Positions 38,707 through 48,382 of a stretch of 64,000 bases of DNA are shown here, one piece after another; positions within the stretch are counted from its first letter, which is position 1; each line of letters starts with the position of its first letter. This DNA is from Parcubacteria group bacterium M10-OD1-1 (GTDB lineage: Bacteria > Patescibacteriota > Minisyncoccia > Moranbacterales > UBA2206). The translations under genes were made by a program, and so were the position numbers. Under the pieces are notes generated by a model. The model made no database searches. It was not told the DNA's origin and was given only the letters and a program-made list of their open reading frames with translations. The DNA is taken from positions 73,351 to 137,350 of the forward strand of contig LSNL01000001.1 in the NCBI GenBank assembly GCA_003056145.1, written 5' to 3'.

Positions 38707-39795
38707 ATGAATAAAAAAATAATTGTAAAGCTTCCCTACATAACACAGGAAATATTCATAGGTGAAAAAATGCTTGATTTTGTTGTTTCAAAAATTAAAA
38801 GTAGGAAATATGATAAGTATATTTTAATTGTTGATATAAATGCCAAAAAAGATAGGAGGAATTATTTTAACAGACTGATTAACGATTTAAATATAGTAGA
38901 CATTATAGTGCTACAGCCAACACCAAATTACAAGAGTTTTAAAGAGTGTGAAAAAGTTATAAAGAGACTGATAAAAGTTAAAGCCTCAAGAAAAAGTTGT
39001 TTAATATCAGTGGGCGGAGGTTATGTTTCTGATATAACCGGATATGTCGCTTCAAATTATATGCGGGGTATTGGTTTCGTCCAAATATCAACCACTTTAA
39101 TGAGTATGGTCGATGCAGTAATTGGTAAGGTGGCAATTAATTATGGAAATTATAAAAATTTACTTGGGTCATTTTACTCTCCAAAGTTTGTATTTAGTGA
39201 TTTAAATTTTTTATCGACATTAAGAAAAGAAGAAAAAGTTTTGGGGTTGTCGGAGGTTTGGAAACATGCGTTGATAAAGAGAGACGAGGATATTGTTAAA
39301 AAGATTGAAAGCTATTTGTTAAATTTTTCAGATAAACATTATTCGGAATTTATTCATTTTTCGATGAGGGTAAAAAAATCCTGCGTAGAGAACGATTATG
39401 ATGATAGAATTGGTAGTCATAAGGCTTTGAGTTTGGGACATACTTTTGCAAATTTTTTAGAAAGAAAATCCAAAATGAGGCATGGTGTTGCTGTGATGTA
39501 TGGAATTATTTTTGCTACAATATTATCAAAAAGATTGGGGAAATTATCTTTAGAAAACTATACTAGAATTATTAAAACTGCTAAGAGATTTGAAAAAAAT
39601 ATTGGCTTATTGAAAAGTATACAAAAGGATTTAAAAGTTAAAAAAGTTTTGGAAAGTTTTTTTTCTGATAAGATTAGTGAAAATAATTCTTTGAATTTTG
39701 TTTTACCTATTGATTCAGGATATTTAATATATAAAAACATACCAGAAAAAATAGCTACAGAAGCCTTAGAAATATTTAAGAAATTAGAACTCTAG
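38707..39795 (+). CDS. 3-dehydroquinate-synthase-like sugar-phosphate cyclase
   Basis: ISVGGGYVSDITGYVASNYMRGIGFVQISTTLMSMVDAVIGKVAINYGNYKNLLGSFYSPKFVF matches the DHQS NAD/substrate-binding core. LGHTF…RHGVAVMYG matches the metal-binding His motifs. Confidence 0.65.
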   Translation: MNKKIIVKLPYITQEIFIGEKMLDFVVSKIKSRKYDKYILIVDINAKKDRRNYFNRLINDLNIVDIIVLQPTPNYKSFKECEKVIKRLIKVKASRKSCLISVGGGYVSDITGYVASNYMRGIGFVQISTTLMSMVDAVIGKVAINYGNYKNLLGSFYSPKFVFSDLNFLSTLRKEEKVLGLSEVWKHALIKRDEDIVKKIESYLLNFSDKHYSEFIHFSMRVKKSCVENDYDDRIGSHKALSLGHTFANFLERKSKMRHGVAVMYGIIFATILSKRLGKLSLENYTRIIKTAKRFEKNIGLLKSIQKDLKVKKVLESFFSDKISENNSLNFVLPIDSGYLIYKNIPEKIATEALEIFKKLEL

Positions 39796-40088
39796 TATCT
39801 TTTGGTGCGGGAATATAAATATATTTAGTCTTCTTTTTAAATATAGTTCTAATATCCTTTGCTAGGGCGTGCATTAAAGAAACATTGGTTGATAAAGCTG
39901 GTATTTCTTATTTTACTAAGAAGCTTAAGATAATGGTTTTTGTAGCGAGGACAATCTTTTTGGCTGTTTCAATAAATAAAAAATAATTCTTTGAGTAAAA
40001 TTCTAAATGAGAGGAAAATAATTATTAATTTTTCATTGAACATAATTATTTGTCAATAAATTCAAAAAAAAGTTTGTATATAAATTTT

Positions 40089-40117
40089 TTGACAAAATAG
40101 AGAAAATAGGTTAAAAT
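40089..40117 (+). promoter_or_regulatory. Sigma70-like promoter for pnp with ~190-nt leader
   Basis: TTGACA, 17-bp spacer, TAAAAT. Confidence 0.5.
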
Positions 40118-40310
40118 TAGTAGTAAATAAAGTAAAAATAATAATTTAAATTAAAGTCTTTTTTAATAAAAAGAAAAATATCCTTAGTTCACCAAAAGAT
40201 AGGTGAAACCGCAATTAAACACTTAAAGAATTGAGTTTTTGATTGTAGTTTTTCCTTTAGAGTGAAGTAGGATTTCTTATTCTATTTTTGTAAAAAAGAT
40301 TAGCTATCTT

Positions 40311-42416
40311 ATGGAACAAAAAAAATGGTCCCTTCAAATCGGAGGGAGAATTTTAGAAATTGAAACTGGATTATTAGCTAACCAAGCTAGTGGATCAGTA
40401 ACTTGTCGTTACGGGGATACGGTTGTTTTAGCAACGGCGGTTATGAGTAAAAATGCCTCTCGGGTGAGTGGCTATTTTCCGTTAATGGTTGATTTTGAAG
40501 AACGTTACTATGCCGCTGGTAAAATCAAGGGTTCTAGATTTATTAAAAGAGAGGGTCGTCCTTCTGATACAGCTATTCTTTCTGGGCGAGCAGTTGATAG
40601 AACTATTAGACCACTTTTTAACTCTAGAATGAGAAATGATGTGCAAGTTATTTGCACGGTGCTTTCTTATGATGGAGAAAATGATCCAGATGTAATAGCA
40701 ATGATTGCGGCTTCTGTTGCATTATCTATTTCTAATATTCCTTGGGATGGTCCAATTGCAGCGGTAAGAGTAGGCAAAACAGGAGAAGAAATGATTTTAA
40801 ATCCAGTCAATGGTGAAGTAACAGATGGAGAGATAGATCTTTTAGTGGCTGGAACAAAAGATAAAATAAATATGATTGAGTGTGGAGCTAAAGAAGTGGC
40901 CGAAGGAGAAATATTTCAAGCTTTTGAATTTGCTCAAGAGGCGATTGCTAAAATTGCTATTTTTATTGAAGCTATACAAAAAGAAGTAGGCAAAGAAAAA
41001 ACTATTCCTATTTTAATTCAAGGAACACCAGAATTTGAAGAAAAAATTAAAGAAATTCTATTAGCGGAAGGATTAGCAGAGGCTTTGTATAATAAAGATA
41101 AGAATATTATTGAAGAAAAAACTAAACTTATCCAAGAAAAAGTTCAGCAATATATTGAAGAAAATTATTCAGAAGGAATAGAAAAATTAAAAGAAATTGC
41201 AGAATTAGTATCAGAAAAAGTAGCGGACAATATTGTACATAAAAACATTTTAGAAAAAGAGCAACGACCAGATGGAAGAAAATTAACTGAAATTAGAAAA
41301 ATTGATTGCCAAACTGGGATTCTTCCTAGAACTCACGGGACAGGCTTATTTACTAGAGGAGAAACACAAGCTTTAACAGTGGCTACTTTAGGTTCTCCGG
41401 GAGACGAACAAATTATTGATACTATGGAAGTGGATACTAAAAAAAGATATATTCATCATTATAATTTTCCTCCTTTTTCAGTTGGCGAAACTCGTCCAAT
41501 GAGAGGTCCAGGTAGACGGGAGATTGGACACGGAGCCTTAGCAGAAAAAGCTTTAATTCCAGTTTTACCATCTAAAGAAGAATTTCCTTATACGATGCTT
41601 TTAGTAAGTGAGGTACTTTCTTCTAATGGTTCTTCTTCAATGGCTTCTACTTGTGGTTCCACGCTTTCTTTAATGGACGCTGGTGTTCCAATTAAGCGTC
41701 CAGTGAGTGGTATTGCGATGGGAATAATTGTTAAAGATAAAAATAATTTTAAAATTTTAACTGATATTCAAGGGTTAGAAGATCATTATGGAGATATGGA
41801 CTTTAAAGCGGCTGGTACAGAAAAAGGGTTAACTGCTATTCAAATGGATGTTAAAGTAGAAGGTGTAACTTTACCTATGTTAGAAGCTGTCTTAAAACAA
41901 TCTCATGGTAATCGAATAGAAATTTTAGGTAAAATAGCAGAAGCGATTAGTGAGCCAAGAAAAGAAATGTCGCAATACGCACCAAGAATTATAACATTAC
42001 ATATCAATCCTGATAAAATTAGAAATGTTATCGGAGCGGGAGGAAAAATAATCAATGCTATTATTGACGAAACAGGAGTCCAAATTGATATTGAAGATGA
42101 TGGATCTATTTTCATTACTTCAGCCGATAAAACTTCTGCTCAAAAAGCGGTAGAATGGATTAATAATTTAACTCATGAAGTAAAAACTGGTGAAAATTTC
42201 AAAGCTAAAATTATAAAGATTATGAACTTTGGAGCTTTTGCTGAAATTTTACCAGGACAAGAAGGCCTAATTCATATTTCTGAGATTAGCGAAAAAAGAA
42301 TTGAGAAAGTAGAAGATGTTTTAAAGGTTGGAGATATAGTGCCAGTTAAAGTAAAAGAAATTGATCAACAAGGGAGAATAAGTTTATCTATGAAAGCAGT
42401 CAAAGAGGATAATTAG
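40311..42416 (+). CDS. pnp: Polynucleotide phosphorylase
   Basis: 701 aa with two RNase PH domains, KH (…IGAGGKIINAI…) and a C-terminal S1 domain (…FGAFAEILPGQEGLIHISEI…). Confidence 0.9.
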   Translation: MEQKKWSLQIGGRILEIETGLLANQASGSVTCRYGDTVVLATAVMSKNASRVSGYFPLMVDFEERYYAAGKIKGSRFIKREGRPSDTAILSGRAVDRTIRPLFNSRMRNDVQVICTVLSYDGENDPDVIAMIAASVALSISNIPWDGPIAAVRVGKTGEEMILNPVNGEVTDGEIDLLVAGTKDKINMIECGAKEVAEGEIFQAFEFAQEAIAKIAIFIEAIQKEVGKEKTIPILIQGTPEFEEKIKEILLAEGLAEALYNKDKNIIEEKTKLIQEKVQQYIEENYSEGIEKLKEIAELVSEKVADNIVHKNILEKEQRPDGRKLTEIRKIDCQTGILPRTHGTGLFTRGETQALTVATLGSPGDEQIIDTMEVDTKKRYIHHYNFPPFSVGETRPMRGPGRREIGHGALAEKALIPVLPSKEEFPYTMLLVSEVLSSNGSSSMASTCGSTLSLMDAGVPIKRPVSGIAMGIIVKDKNNFKILTDIQGLEDHYGDMDFKAAGTEKGLTAIQMDVKVEGVTLPMLEAVLKQSHGNRIEILGKIAEAISEPRKEMSQYAPRIITLHINPDKIRNVIGAGGKIINAIIDETGVQIDIEDDGSIFITSADKTSAQKAVEWINNLTHEVKTGENFKAKIIKIMNFGAFAEILPGQEGLIHISEISEKRIEKVEDVLKVGDIVPVKVKEIDQQGRISLSMKAVKEDN

Positions 42417-42468
42417 AAGACGGGTGGTCAAATTAGAATTTTTATTGTAAAATAGAAGTGCTTGATTA

Positions 42469-43542
42469 GTGCTTCTATTTTTAATTAAAATAAAAAATAA
42501 AAAAATGTTTTCAGATAATAAAACTACTTCTAATAATAATTTTAAATCCAAAAAAAAAATAAATTTAGTGCAAGATACTAAAATTCATACTATGGAAAAA
42601 GATTTATTTGAATCTAAAAATCCTACCAATACTTCTCAAACAGAATTAGAGGCAACCGTCAATAAACAAAAAAAAACAAACTTAGAATATGAAACTAATA
42701 ATTCGCAAGAAATCAGCCCTTTTCTAAAAGGAGAAGAGAAAATAATTGATAAAAATCAATTTTCAACAATTCCTGATCAACAAAATCAGCCAATGAAAAC
42801 CAAATCAGTTCTTAATAAAATTATAATTATTATAGTGATTAGTATTAGTATTATAGGTATTGGTGGAGGTAGTTTTTATTTTTGGAAAACTAGAATAAGT
42901 AATACTAAAAAGATTAAAAACGCTAATGATCAGCTTGGCAAATCTTTAGAAAATACACCAACTAATAATTTATCTGAGTTCTCAATAGATAAAGCTAATT
43001 ATTTAAGTTTGGATTTTAATAAAGATAATAAAGAGCAAATTTTAAGTATTCTTCAAAAATATGTAAAAAAGATTGCAACCTTAAAAACAATTGCTCCAGT
43101 AGAATTTATTCTAACTAACTCTCAGAATAATCCGATTTCTTTTCAAGATTTTGCTCAGAAAGTAAATTTAACATTGTCAAAAAATTTAATTGATCAATTA
43201 GGTACTAATTTTAGCTTGTTTATTTATAATGATAATGGGAATGTCAGACTTGGTTTAGCAATTGCTACTAATAATAGTCAAGAAGTGAAAAATCTTTTAT
43301 TAAAAGAAGAAGATAATCTTCCTCAAGAAATTCAATTTCTTTTCTTAGGCAAAGATACTAGCGGATTAAAAGAAGCTTCATTTAGTCTAGGAAAGTATCA
43401 AGGGTTAAATATTAGATATTATAATGTTGTTTCACCAGAAATTTTGTCAATAGATTATACTATTTATAAAAACCAATGGTTAGTTGGAACAACCAAGATG
43501 ACATTGAGGTCTATTGTTAACTATATTAGTAAGCAAGGATAG
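42469..43542 (+). CDS. Hypothetical membrane-anchored protein
   Basis: K/N-rich N-terminus, one TM (IIIIIVISISIIGIGGG), extracytoplasmic domain of unknown function. Confidence 0.35.
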   Translation: MLLFLIKIKNKKMFSDNKTTSNNNFKSKKKINLVQDTKIHTMEKDLFESKNPTNTSQTELEATVNKQKKTNLEYETNNSQEISPFLKGEEKIIDKNQFSTIPDQQNQPMKTKSVLNKIIIIIVISISIIGIGGGSFYFWKTRISNTKKIKNANDQLGKSLENTPTNNLSEFSIDKANYLSLDFNKDNKEQILSILQKYVKKIATLKTIAPVEFILTNSQNNPISFQDFAQKVNLTLSKNLIDQLGTNFSLFIYNDNGNVRLGLAIATNNSQEVKNLLLKEEDNLPQEIQFLFLGKDTSGLKEASFSLGKYQGLNIRYYNVVSPEILSIDYTIYKNQWLVGTTKMTLRSIVNYISKQG

Positions 43543-43744
43543 AGCGGATTGCAAGTAAGGAACTCAAAATATATATAATAACCTGTGGATAACTTATTAG
43601 TAGAGCTAAATTAGCCAGTCGATAAAGGATAAAAAAGTAAATTGTTTAAAACAATTGGAGAAAATTAAGGAAAAGTGACCAATTTTCTAAAAAAGTAATT
43701 AAATAGATATTACGCTTTATTTAAAGGATAATTTTAACAAGTGA

Positions 43745-43773
43745 TTGACTTTTGGTTATTTTCTTGCTATAAT
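43745..43773 (+). promoter_or_regulatory. Consensus sigma70 promoter driving a noncoding transcript
   Basis: TTGACT, 17-bp spacer, TATAAT. No ORF with an RBS for ~550 bp downstream. Confidence 0.6.
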
Positions 43774-43779
43774 AGAGTT

Positions 43780-44269
43780 AGTGAAAAGTAAAAGAACCTT
43801 AAAAATTATTGAAAATGTTACGGCAGAATAATTTTCAATCACAATTTCCCCCTATTTGTGGTTGAAAATTATTCTGCTGTCCAAGTGCTTTAGCCAACGC
43901 GCTAAAGTCGCTCCTATTCTAACTAGGAGACCCAAAATAAAAATAAAAAAACAATTCTTGCTTAAAAAGTGAGATTTGTAAAACTTTTTAAAACAAAAAT
44001 AAAAAATAAAAAGTCTGTTCTTTAAATTAAAGGTGAAAAATCACCAGAGGATGGTAGAAAATAAGACACGAAAGTTAGATAAGTGTCAAAGAGTCGTATA
44101 TAAAGTACGCGTGATTTACAACTATGTAAATGCCTTCACCCGGGCTATAATAGTTTTCGATTTACGTGTTAGTACGACAAACATCAGGGCGTTCCGCCAA
44201 TTTATTTCTATTGGGCGTCGAGCGCCCTGGTTTCAATATTATTTATAGACACCAGGCAGGTGTTTTTTT
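43780..44269 (+). ncRNA. Candidate structured ncRNA of unknown family (~480 nt, between promoter and terminator)
   Basis: Contains a 16-bp perfect inverted repeat hairpin (43823-43877), a gctttagc/gctaaag hairpin, and a GC-enriched 3' half with nested helices (cagggcg[cgccaa…ttgggcg]tcgagcgccctg). It ends at an intrinsic terminator at 44247-44269. Conserved RNase P and tmRNA motifs were not seen. Confidence 0.35.
44247..44269 (+). terminator. Intrinsic terminator
   Basis: agacacc-aggca-ggtgt followed by TTTTTTT. Confidence 0.5.
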
Positions 44270-44331
44270 GTTGCTTAATTTTTGAATAAGTTATATTTTA
44301 AATAAAAAAGAATAATTATTTATTAATCTTA

Positions 44332-44715
44332 ATGGTTACAAACAAAAGGAAGTTTGGTGATTTAGGGGAAAAAATTGCAATTAAATTCTTAAAAAATAAA
44401 AAATATAAGATCGTAGAAACTAATTTTAAAAATAAAACTGGTAGAATGTTGGGTGAAATAGATATTATTGCTCAAGATGTTCAAGCTAATGAGTTAGTTT
44501 TTGTGGAAGTTAAAACCAGAGAATATAATAAATTTAAAGATACTTTACCAGAGGAAAATATTACTTCTATGAAACTTAAAAAATTAGTCAGAGTTGCTAA
44601 TTTTTATTTACAAAATAAGAAATTAACTGCTGCTCAATATAGATTTGACGCTATTTCAGTTTGGTTAGATTTAAAGTCTAAAAAAGCTAAAGTCAAACAT
44701 ATTTGTAGCTTGTAA
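44332..44715 (+). CDS. YraN/UPF0102 family endonuclease-like protein
   Basis: FGDLGEKIAIKFLKNKKYKIVETNFK…GEIDIIAQD…LVFVEVKTR is the UPF0102 signature. Confidence 0.65.
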   Translation: MVTNKRKFGDLGEKIAIKFLKNKKYKIVETNFKNKTGRMLGEIDIIAQDVQANELVFVEVKTREYNKFKDTLPEENITSMKLKKLVRVANFYLQNKKLTAAQYRFDAISVWLDLKSKKAKVKHICSL

Positions 44716-44912
44716 GTTCTCTCAACCTAAGATCAAGAATAAAAACTAAATAGCGAAGATAGACAGGAGCCATTTTTTTTGATAAAATTGAAAGTAGGAG
44801 TAAAGAATAAAAAAGTAATAAACAAAGAGAGCGGACATAAAAAACCAAAAGCATAAATGATAAACGAAAACTAAAAATAAATAAGGATTAAATTTAATTA
44901 TTTTAAAAATAT

Positions 44913-45266
44913 ATGGCTATTGATAAACAAATTTTAGAAGAGCTAAAGAAGGCTTTATTAGAAGAAAAAGAGAAATTGGAAAAAAATATGAATAAAATTG
45001 CTAAACCAGTAGATGATAAAGAAGGCGATTATGAAACTTCTTTTGACGATATTGGAAACGATAAAGATGATAATGCTACGGAAGTTGACCAATACACTCA
45101 AAATTTATCAGTAGAGACAGCTTTAGAAAAAAGATTACAAAAAATAATAAAAGCTTTAGATAAAATAGATAAAGGGATTTATGGAGTCTGTATTAACTGC
45201 CAAAAAGAAATACCCATTGAGAGACTTAAGGCCAATCCGAGCTCACAAACTTGTAATAGATGCTAA
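44913..45266 (+). CDS. DksA/TraR-family C4 zinc-finger protein
   Basis: C-terminal CINCQKEIPIERLKANPSSQTCNRC (CxxC-x17-CxxC) after a coiled-coil N-terminus. Confidence 0.6.
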   Translation: MAIDKQILEELKKALLEEKEKLEKNMNKIAKPVDDKEGDYETSFDDIGNDKDDNATEVDQYTQNLSVETALEKRLQKIIKALDKIDKGIYGVCINCQKEIPIERLKANPSSQTCNRC

Positions 45267-45379
45267 TCTTGAATAATTAAAGAGTGAATATTTGAAGCTA
45301 CTTGATTTAAAATATAGGTAGTTATTTCTAAATAAAATAAAAACTTTAATTAAAGTTAATCTATCAGAATTGTTTCCAA

Positions 45380-45796
45380 ATGAATTATAAAAAAAACATT
45401 CTTATTTTTTTAATTTTAATTTTTTTAGATCAAATAAGTAAGCATCTTATCCGCTCTAACGGCGGATTTTATATTTGTAACTTTAATAGTGCTTTTGGAA
45501 TTTCTTTACCAACTTTTTTATTTTGGTTTCTTTGGATTGGAATGCTGATAATTTTTATTTGGGCAATTTATAAAAATTTTTTTTTAGTATCAACTTTTTA
45601 TTTAATTCTTATCTTAGCGGGGGCTATTTCTAACTTAATAGACCGTTTAGCTAGAGGTTGTGTAATTGATTTTATTGATTTAAAGTTTTGGCCAGTTTTT
45701 AATTTAGCAGATTTATTTATTTTTTTTGGTGCTATAATGATAATAGCAAGCTATCTTAAAAAAGAAAAAAAACCTTTTAATTTTTTCAAAAAATAA
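45380..45796 (+). CDS. lspA: Lipoprotein signal peptidase II
   Basis: NSAFGISLP (N-x-G-x-AFG) and NLIDRLARGCVIDFIDLKFWPVFNLADLFI conserved boxes. Four TM segments. Confidence 0.75.
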   Translation: MNYKKNILIFLILIFLDQISKHLIRSNGGFYICNFNSAFGISLPTFLFWFLWIGMLIIFIWAIYKNFFLVSTFYLILILAGAISNLIDRLARGCVIDFIDLKFWPVFNLADLFIFFGAIMIIASYLKKEKKPFNFFKK

Positions 45797-45799
45797 GTT

Positions 45800-47326
45800 A
45801 TGGCTTCAAAAGTTTTGTCAGCGGCTACAATTGGTTTGAAAAGCCAAATTGTAGAAGTAGAAGTAGATACTGTTTCTGCTGGATTACATCAATTTAATAT
45901 TGTTGGACTGCCAGATACAGCCGTTAAGGAGTCGCGGGATAGAATTGGTGCAGCTATTAGGAACACCGGTTTTAAACCTCCTCATCAGGCAGGAAGAGTA
46001 ACTATCAATTTAGCTCCAGCGGATCTTAAAAAAGAAGGTCCAATTTATGATTTACCAATGGCCTTAGGCTTTCTTTTAGCTACTCGTCAAACTAAATTTG
46101 ATTTTAAAGATAAATTTTTCCTTGGCGAATTATCTTTGGATGGAAAAGTTCGTCCAGTTAAGGGCGTTTTACCAGTGGCTATTTTAGCTAAAGAAAAGGG
46201 CATTAAGGAATTCTTTGTTCCTCAAGAGAATGCTCCAGAAGCTTCTGTTATTAGTGGGGTAAATATTTTTCCCGTAACATCTTTGAACGAAGTTCTAGAA
46301 CATCTTAAGGGAAATAAGACGATTACTCCTTTTCCAAAAACTAACACTGAAAGTCTTTTTTCTCACGAGCAATATGAAATGGATATGTCACATGTTAAAG
46401 GTCAAGAGCACGCTAAAAGAGCTTTAGAAATTGCTTCAGCTGGTGGGCATAATGTTATTTTAAATGGTCCTCCGGGATCAGGTAAAACTTTATTAGCTAA
46501 AACTATGCCTTCTATTCTTCCTCGATTAACTACGGAAGAAGCTTTAGAAATAACAAAAATTTTTTCTATTGCTGGTCAATTACCTAGAGGAGTACCTTTA
46601 ATTGCACAAAGACAATTTCGCTCACCACATCATAGTGCTAGCGCAGTCTCTTTAGTTGGCGGTGGAACTTTTCCTCGTCCAGGTGAAATTAGTTTAAGTC
46701 ATCGGGGGATTTTATTTTTAGATGAATTTCCAGAATTTTCTAGAACTGTTTTAGAAAATTTGCGTCAGCCATTAGAAGATGGAATAATAACTATTTCTCG
46801 TGCTCAAGGAACTTTAAAATTTCCAGCTCGTTTTACTCTAATTGCAGCGATGAATCCATGTCCCTGTGGCAATGCTACTGATCCAGAAAAAGTTTGTTCT
46901 TGCTCACCTTCAACAGTCATTAGATATCAAAAAAAAATTTCAGGACCTATTATGGACAGAATAGATTTACATATAGAAGTTCCAAGGATTAAGTTTGAAA
47001 AATTAGCCGAGTCAAGTTCTAGTGAAAGTTCTAAAATAATTAGGGAAAGAGTGGAAAAAGCTCGGGTTATCCAACGCCAAAGATTTGCTCAATTAAAAAT
47101 AATCACTAATAGTGAAATGAACGGCGAACAAATTAAAATTTTTTGCCAATTAGATTCTTTGGGTTTAGATTTAATGCGTAAAGCAGTAGCTAATCTCTAT
47201 TTGAGTGCTAGAGCTTATTATCGTATAATAAAAGTAGCAAGGACAGTGGCTGATTTAGCAGGATCGGAAAAAATAAAAATGGAACATATTGCCGAAGCTA
47301 TTCAGTACAGATTTAAAACAGATTAA
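45800..47326 (+). CDS. Mg-chelatase-like AAA+ ATPase, YifB/ComM family
   Basis: N-terminal Lon-like domain (SAATIGLKSQIVEVEVD), Walker A GPPGSGKT, Walker B LFLDEFPEF, Zn-ribbon CPCG…C and a C-terminal ChlI-like domain. Confidence 0.85.
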   Translation: MASKVLSAATIGLKSQIVEVEVDTVSAGLHQFNIVGLPDTAVKESRDRIGAAIRNTGFKPPHQAGRVTINLAPADLKKEGPIYDLPMALGFLLATRQTKFDFKDKFFLGELSLDGKVRPVKGVLPVAILAKEKGIKEFFVPQENAPEASVISGVNIFPVTSLNEVLEHLKGNKTITPFPKTNTESLFSHEQYEMDMSHVKGQEHAKRALEIASAGGHNVILNGPPGSGKTLLAKTMPSILPRLTTEEALEITKIFSIAGQLPRGVPLIAQRQFRSPHHSASAVSLVGGGTFPRPGEISLSHRGILFLDEFPEFSRTVLENLRQPLEDGIITISRAQGTLKFPARFTLIAAMNPCPCGNATDPEKVCSCSPSTVIRYQKKISGPIMDRIDLHIEVPRIKFEKLAESSSSESSKIIRERVEKARVIQRQRFAQLKIITNSEMNGEQIKIFCQLDSLGLDLMRKAVANLYLSARAYYRIIKVARTVADLAGSEKIKMEHIAEAIQYRFKTD

Positions 47327-47386
47327 GTTTGTAAAATATAGCTCAGATTAATAAATTTTCTTAATAGAATATTTCTAAAAGTTCTA

Positions 47387-48379
47387 ATGTCTTTTTTAAA
47401 GAAGAAAAATTTTTTTATTAGCGGTTTAGTGTTAATGGTTTTCTTTTTGATAACTTTTAAAGCATTCGCTTTTTTTTCTCAAAGTGAAACTATTTTGAGT
47501 TTTAATAATAGTTTGAAAAATATAACTATCAATGATAATGGACTTTTTTTTCAGGAAAAAACTAAGGCTAATTCAGTGGCAGAATTATTGCAAGAAAAAA
47601 ATATTATACTTACTCAATATGATAAAATTTTCCCCGCTCAAAATAGTCCACTTTATCCAGGAGAGTATATTGAAATAAAAAAGGCAGTTAGCATAAAAAT
47701 ATTAGTGGATAAAAAAGTAGATAGTTGTTATGTTACTGCTAAAACAGTTCGGCAAGCTTTAGAAGAACGAGGGATAGAATTAACACAATTAGATCAGGTG
47801 CAACCGAAACGAAGTTTTTTAATTCAGAATAAGATGAAGATAATTGTTACTCGGGTTAAAATTCAAGAAATAACGAAAAAAGAACCAGTTCAGTTTAAGA
47901 TAATTGTTAAAAAAAATTCTCAAATAGGTTGGCGAAAGAAAAAGATTAAAATTTTTGGAGAAAAAGGAAGTCAAAAAATCAAATACAGGATTACTTATAA
48001 AAATGGAAAAATAATTTCTCAGGTCGTACTAGAGAAAAAAATCATTAAAAAACCAATCTCACAGATTGAGCTTCAGGGAACTTATTTAAAATTAGGTAAA
48101 ATTAATAGCGGTCAAGGTTCTTGGTATAGACAAACAGCTAAATTGAAAAATAAATTTCCTTCAGTAGTGAATAATTTTGCGGCTAGCACAACTATTCCAA
48201 AAGGAGGCTATGCGAAAGTTACTAATATTAGCAATGGTAAATCAGTCATTGTTCAAATAAATGATTATGGACCCAAGGCTAGAGGACGCATAATAGATTT
48301 AGATAAAGTAGCTTTTCAAAAGATAGCTTCAGTCGGGAGGGGCGTGATAAATGTAAAAGTAAGAAGAATATTAAATTAA
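47387..48379 (+). CDS. Cell-wall-associated protein with C-terminal RlpA-like double-psi beta-barrel (3D) domain
   Basis: Signal/TM, DUF348/G5-like middle region, C-terminal GSWYRQTAK…TTIPKGGYAKVTNISNGKSVIVQINDYGP…RIIDL typical of RlpA/3D domains. Confidence 0.5.
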   Translation: MSFLKKKNFFISGLVLMVFFLITFKAFAFFSQSETILSFNNSLKNITINDNGLFFQEKTKANSVAELLQEKNIILTQYDKIFPAQNSPLYPGEYIEIKKAVSIKILVDKKVDSCYVTAKTVRQALEERGIELTQLDQVQPKRSFLIQNKMKIIVTRVKIQEITKKEPVQFKIIVKKNSQIGWRKKKIKIFGEKGSQKIKYRITYKNGKIISQVVLEKKIIKKPISQIELQGTYLKLGKINSGQGSWYRQTAKLKNKFPSVVNNFAASTTIPKGGYAKVTNISNGKSVIVQINDYGPKARGRIIDLDKVAFQKIASVGRGVINVKVRRILN

Positions 48380-48382
48380 AAA

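Noticed and set aside
44033-44248. 71-aa ORF inside the candidate ncRNA
   Set aside because: GTG start with no Shine-Dalgarno spacing. The sequence is dominated by nested helices and ends at a terminator, so it is more consistent with noncoding RNA. Kept only as an alternative in the finding.
43780-44269. tmRNA (ssrA) or RNase P RNA
   Set aside because: There is no tRNA-like acceptor/T-arm pairing at the ends and no GGUUCGA…CCA 3' end (tmRNA). There is no GGAAAGUCCGG / ACAGAACCCGGCUUA P4 strand (RNase P). The family is left open.
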